A stretch of 63,888 nt of DNA, counting the filler, from Octopus bimaculoides (Eukaryota): assembly GCF_001194135.2 (NCBI RefSeq). It is 9 parts of 8 records of this genome, joined end to end, with 100 filler letters (N's around TTAATTAATTAA, not from the genome) between each part and the next. Parts side by side here need not be neighbours in the genome. Positions count along the whole stretch, not along the records: positions 62,532 to 63,888 come from NC_068982.1; 8 more parts are not named here. One strand, given 5' to 3'. The position numbers were made by a program, and so were the translations under genes. The first letter of the stretch is position 1. Each line of letters starts with the position of its first letter. Shown piece by piece: positions 62,432 through 63,888 of this stretch. The notes beneath the pieces are model-generated. The model made no database searches and was not told the DNA's origin. It was given only the letters and a program-made list of their open reading frames with translations.

Positions 62432-63845
62432 NNNNNNNNNNNNNNNNNNNNNNNNNNNNNNNNNNNNNNNNNNNNTTAATTAATTAANNNNNNNNNNNNN
62501 NNNNNNNNNNNNNNNNNNNNNNNNNNNNNNNCTATAGAAGAGAGCAATAGAAGCGTTGAAGCGACAAAGAAAAGTGCTTTGCTGAATTCAGTTCCGTTGA
62601 TTTTCTTCCTGAGTTCAGATTCAGATATTTTGGAGATTGCTTTTGCGCTTTATATTTCCAAAGGGATTTAGCTAAGTACCAGTCAAGTACGGAGTCTATA
62701 AGATCGATTACGTACCTTGCAAAATAGATAGAAACACACACACACACACACACACACACGCACGCACGCACACACACACACACACGCACACACACATATA
62801 TATAGAGAGAGACAGACAAACAAGCATACAAACATACATACATACATACATACATACAGACAAACAGGCAGATAAAATTAACGCCCCGAAAGTAAATTCA
62901 GAATTCAAGATCTGTGATGAATGCTGTCTGATAATATAGACAGATGTTTGTATGGGAAAATTTTTTCATTCATTTTCAGTTAAAGAGAGGGATTAAAACC
63001 TATACGTGAGACACACACACGCACGCGCGCGCGCACACACACACGCACGCATACTTACACACACATACTCGCAGAGAAAGAGACAGACAGATAGACAGAC
63101 AGACAGGCAGACAAACACACAGAGAGAAAGTGAAATAGTTAAAAAGCGAGTGATAGAGAGTCTCGCTTTTGTCATAAATATCTCCGCATTGTAACAGAGA
63201 AATTTAACAACTGATAAAACTAATGGCCTGAGGTATGTGATGGTGTTTTTGGCAAATATAGTTATGAGGGTTGAGCTGACCCTAGAGGTAACGCTGGCCC
63301 TGACCGGTGACTATAGAATATAGCTAGTGAATTTAAAACGCCGACATGAACTCCAAATGACCTTTAAAGGTCAACATATTTGATTGATACTAATTGATGT
63401 GAGGTATTCTTCTATGTGAAACGTGTTTACATTTCTGTTTATTCACATTTGTACAGTAATGTCTATGCCTGTGTAGTTATAATTGTATCTGTTACTCTTA
63501 AATGTGTACATGTAATTAAGAAACGAATATCTATACATGCACACACACATGTACATATATCTGCATGCACATACGTTTGTGAGCATATATGTATTTCTGA
63601 ATATGCTAATACATACATATCCGTACATATACAAATGTGTGTGTGTCTGTGCGTGCGTGTGTGCGCGTATGCGTGCATCTCCCTCTGTGTGTATGTATGT
63701 GTACACACACACATATATCAATGGATGTCATATAAAACTATTCCGCACATTCAATAACAGCCATACCAACCTAGCACACCTCCATCAACAGCTGCCCCAT
63801 GAATATCACTATGGTTTCGACACCTGGGCAATACAATACACACAG

Positions 63846-63888
<43 letters not shown>

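Noticed and set aside
450-63757. The many ORF-track entries rich in YI, CV, HT, ER, LS, poly-N, poly-I, poly-E or X
   Set aside because: They are translations of (TA)n, (TG)n, (GA)n, (AAT)n and (GAA)n microsatellites or N gaps, with no coding complexity

Overview
Eukaryotic, very AT-rich, microsatellite-saturated non-coding DNA. The SINE, RTE and Penelope repertoire suggests a coleoid cephalopod, probably Octopus (inference). The window is stitched: eight 100-nt spacers (44 N + TTAATTAATTAA + 44 N) join separate contigs, so adjacency across them is unproven. No host protein-coding gene could be supported, and almost all ORF-track entries are microsatellite read-throughs. What is recognisable is a dense transposon graveyard: tRNA-derived SINEs, RTE and CR1 LINE fragments, several R4/Dong-like (RLE) retrotransposon pieces sitting in microsatellites, Penelope-like elements (RT, GIY-YIG and 3' ends), mariner, pogo/Tigger and piggyBac-type DNA elements, and a Helitron end. 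Best second-look items: (1) a 255-bp foldback element with a 9-bp TSD carrying (CCCTAA)n-spacer-(TTAGGG)n, a mini-chromosome-like core (48551-48805); (2) two unrelated foldback elements whose inverted arms start at the GAAAC of a hammerhead ribozyme fold (35277-35501, 48041-48212), plus several stand-alone minimal hammerheads; (3) a mariner derivative with ~280-bp inverted arms in three copies; (4) a nearly intact, extremely AT-rich Penelope-like RT-thumb/GIY-YIG ORF. All family assignments come from motif recognition by eye, not database searches.
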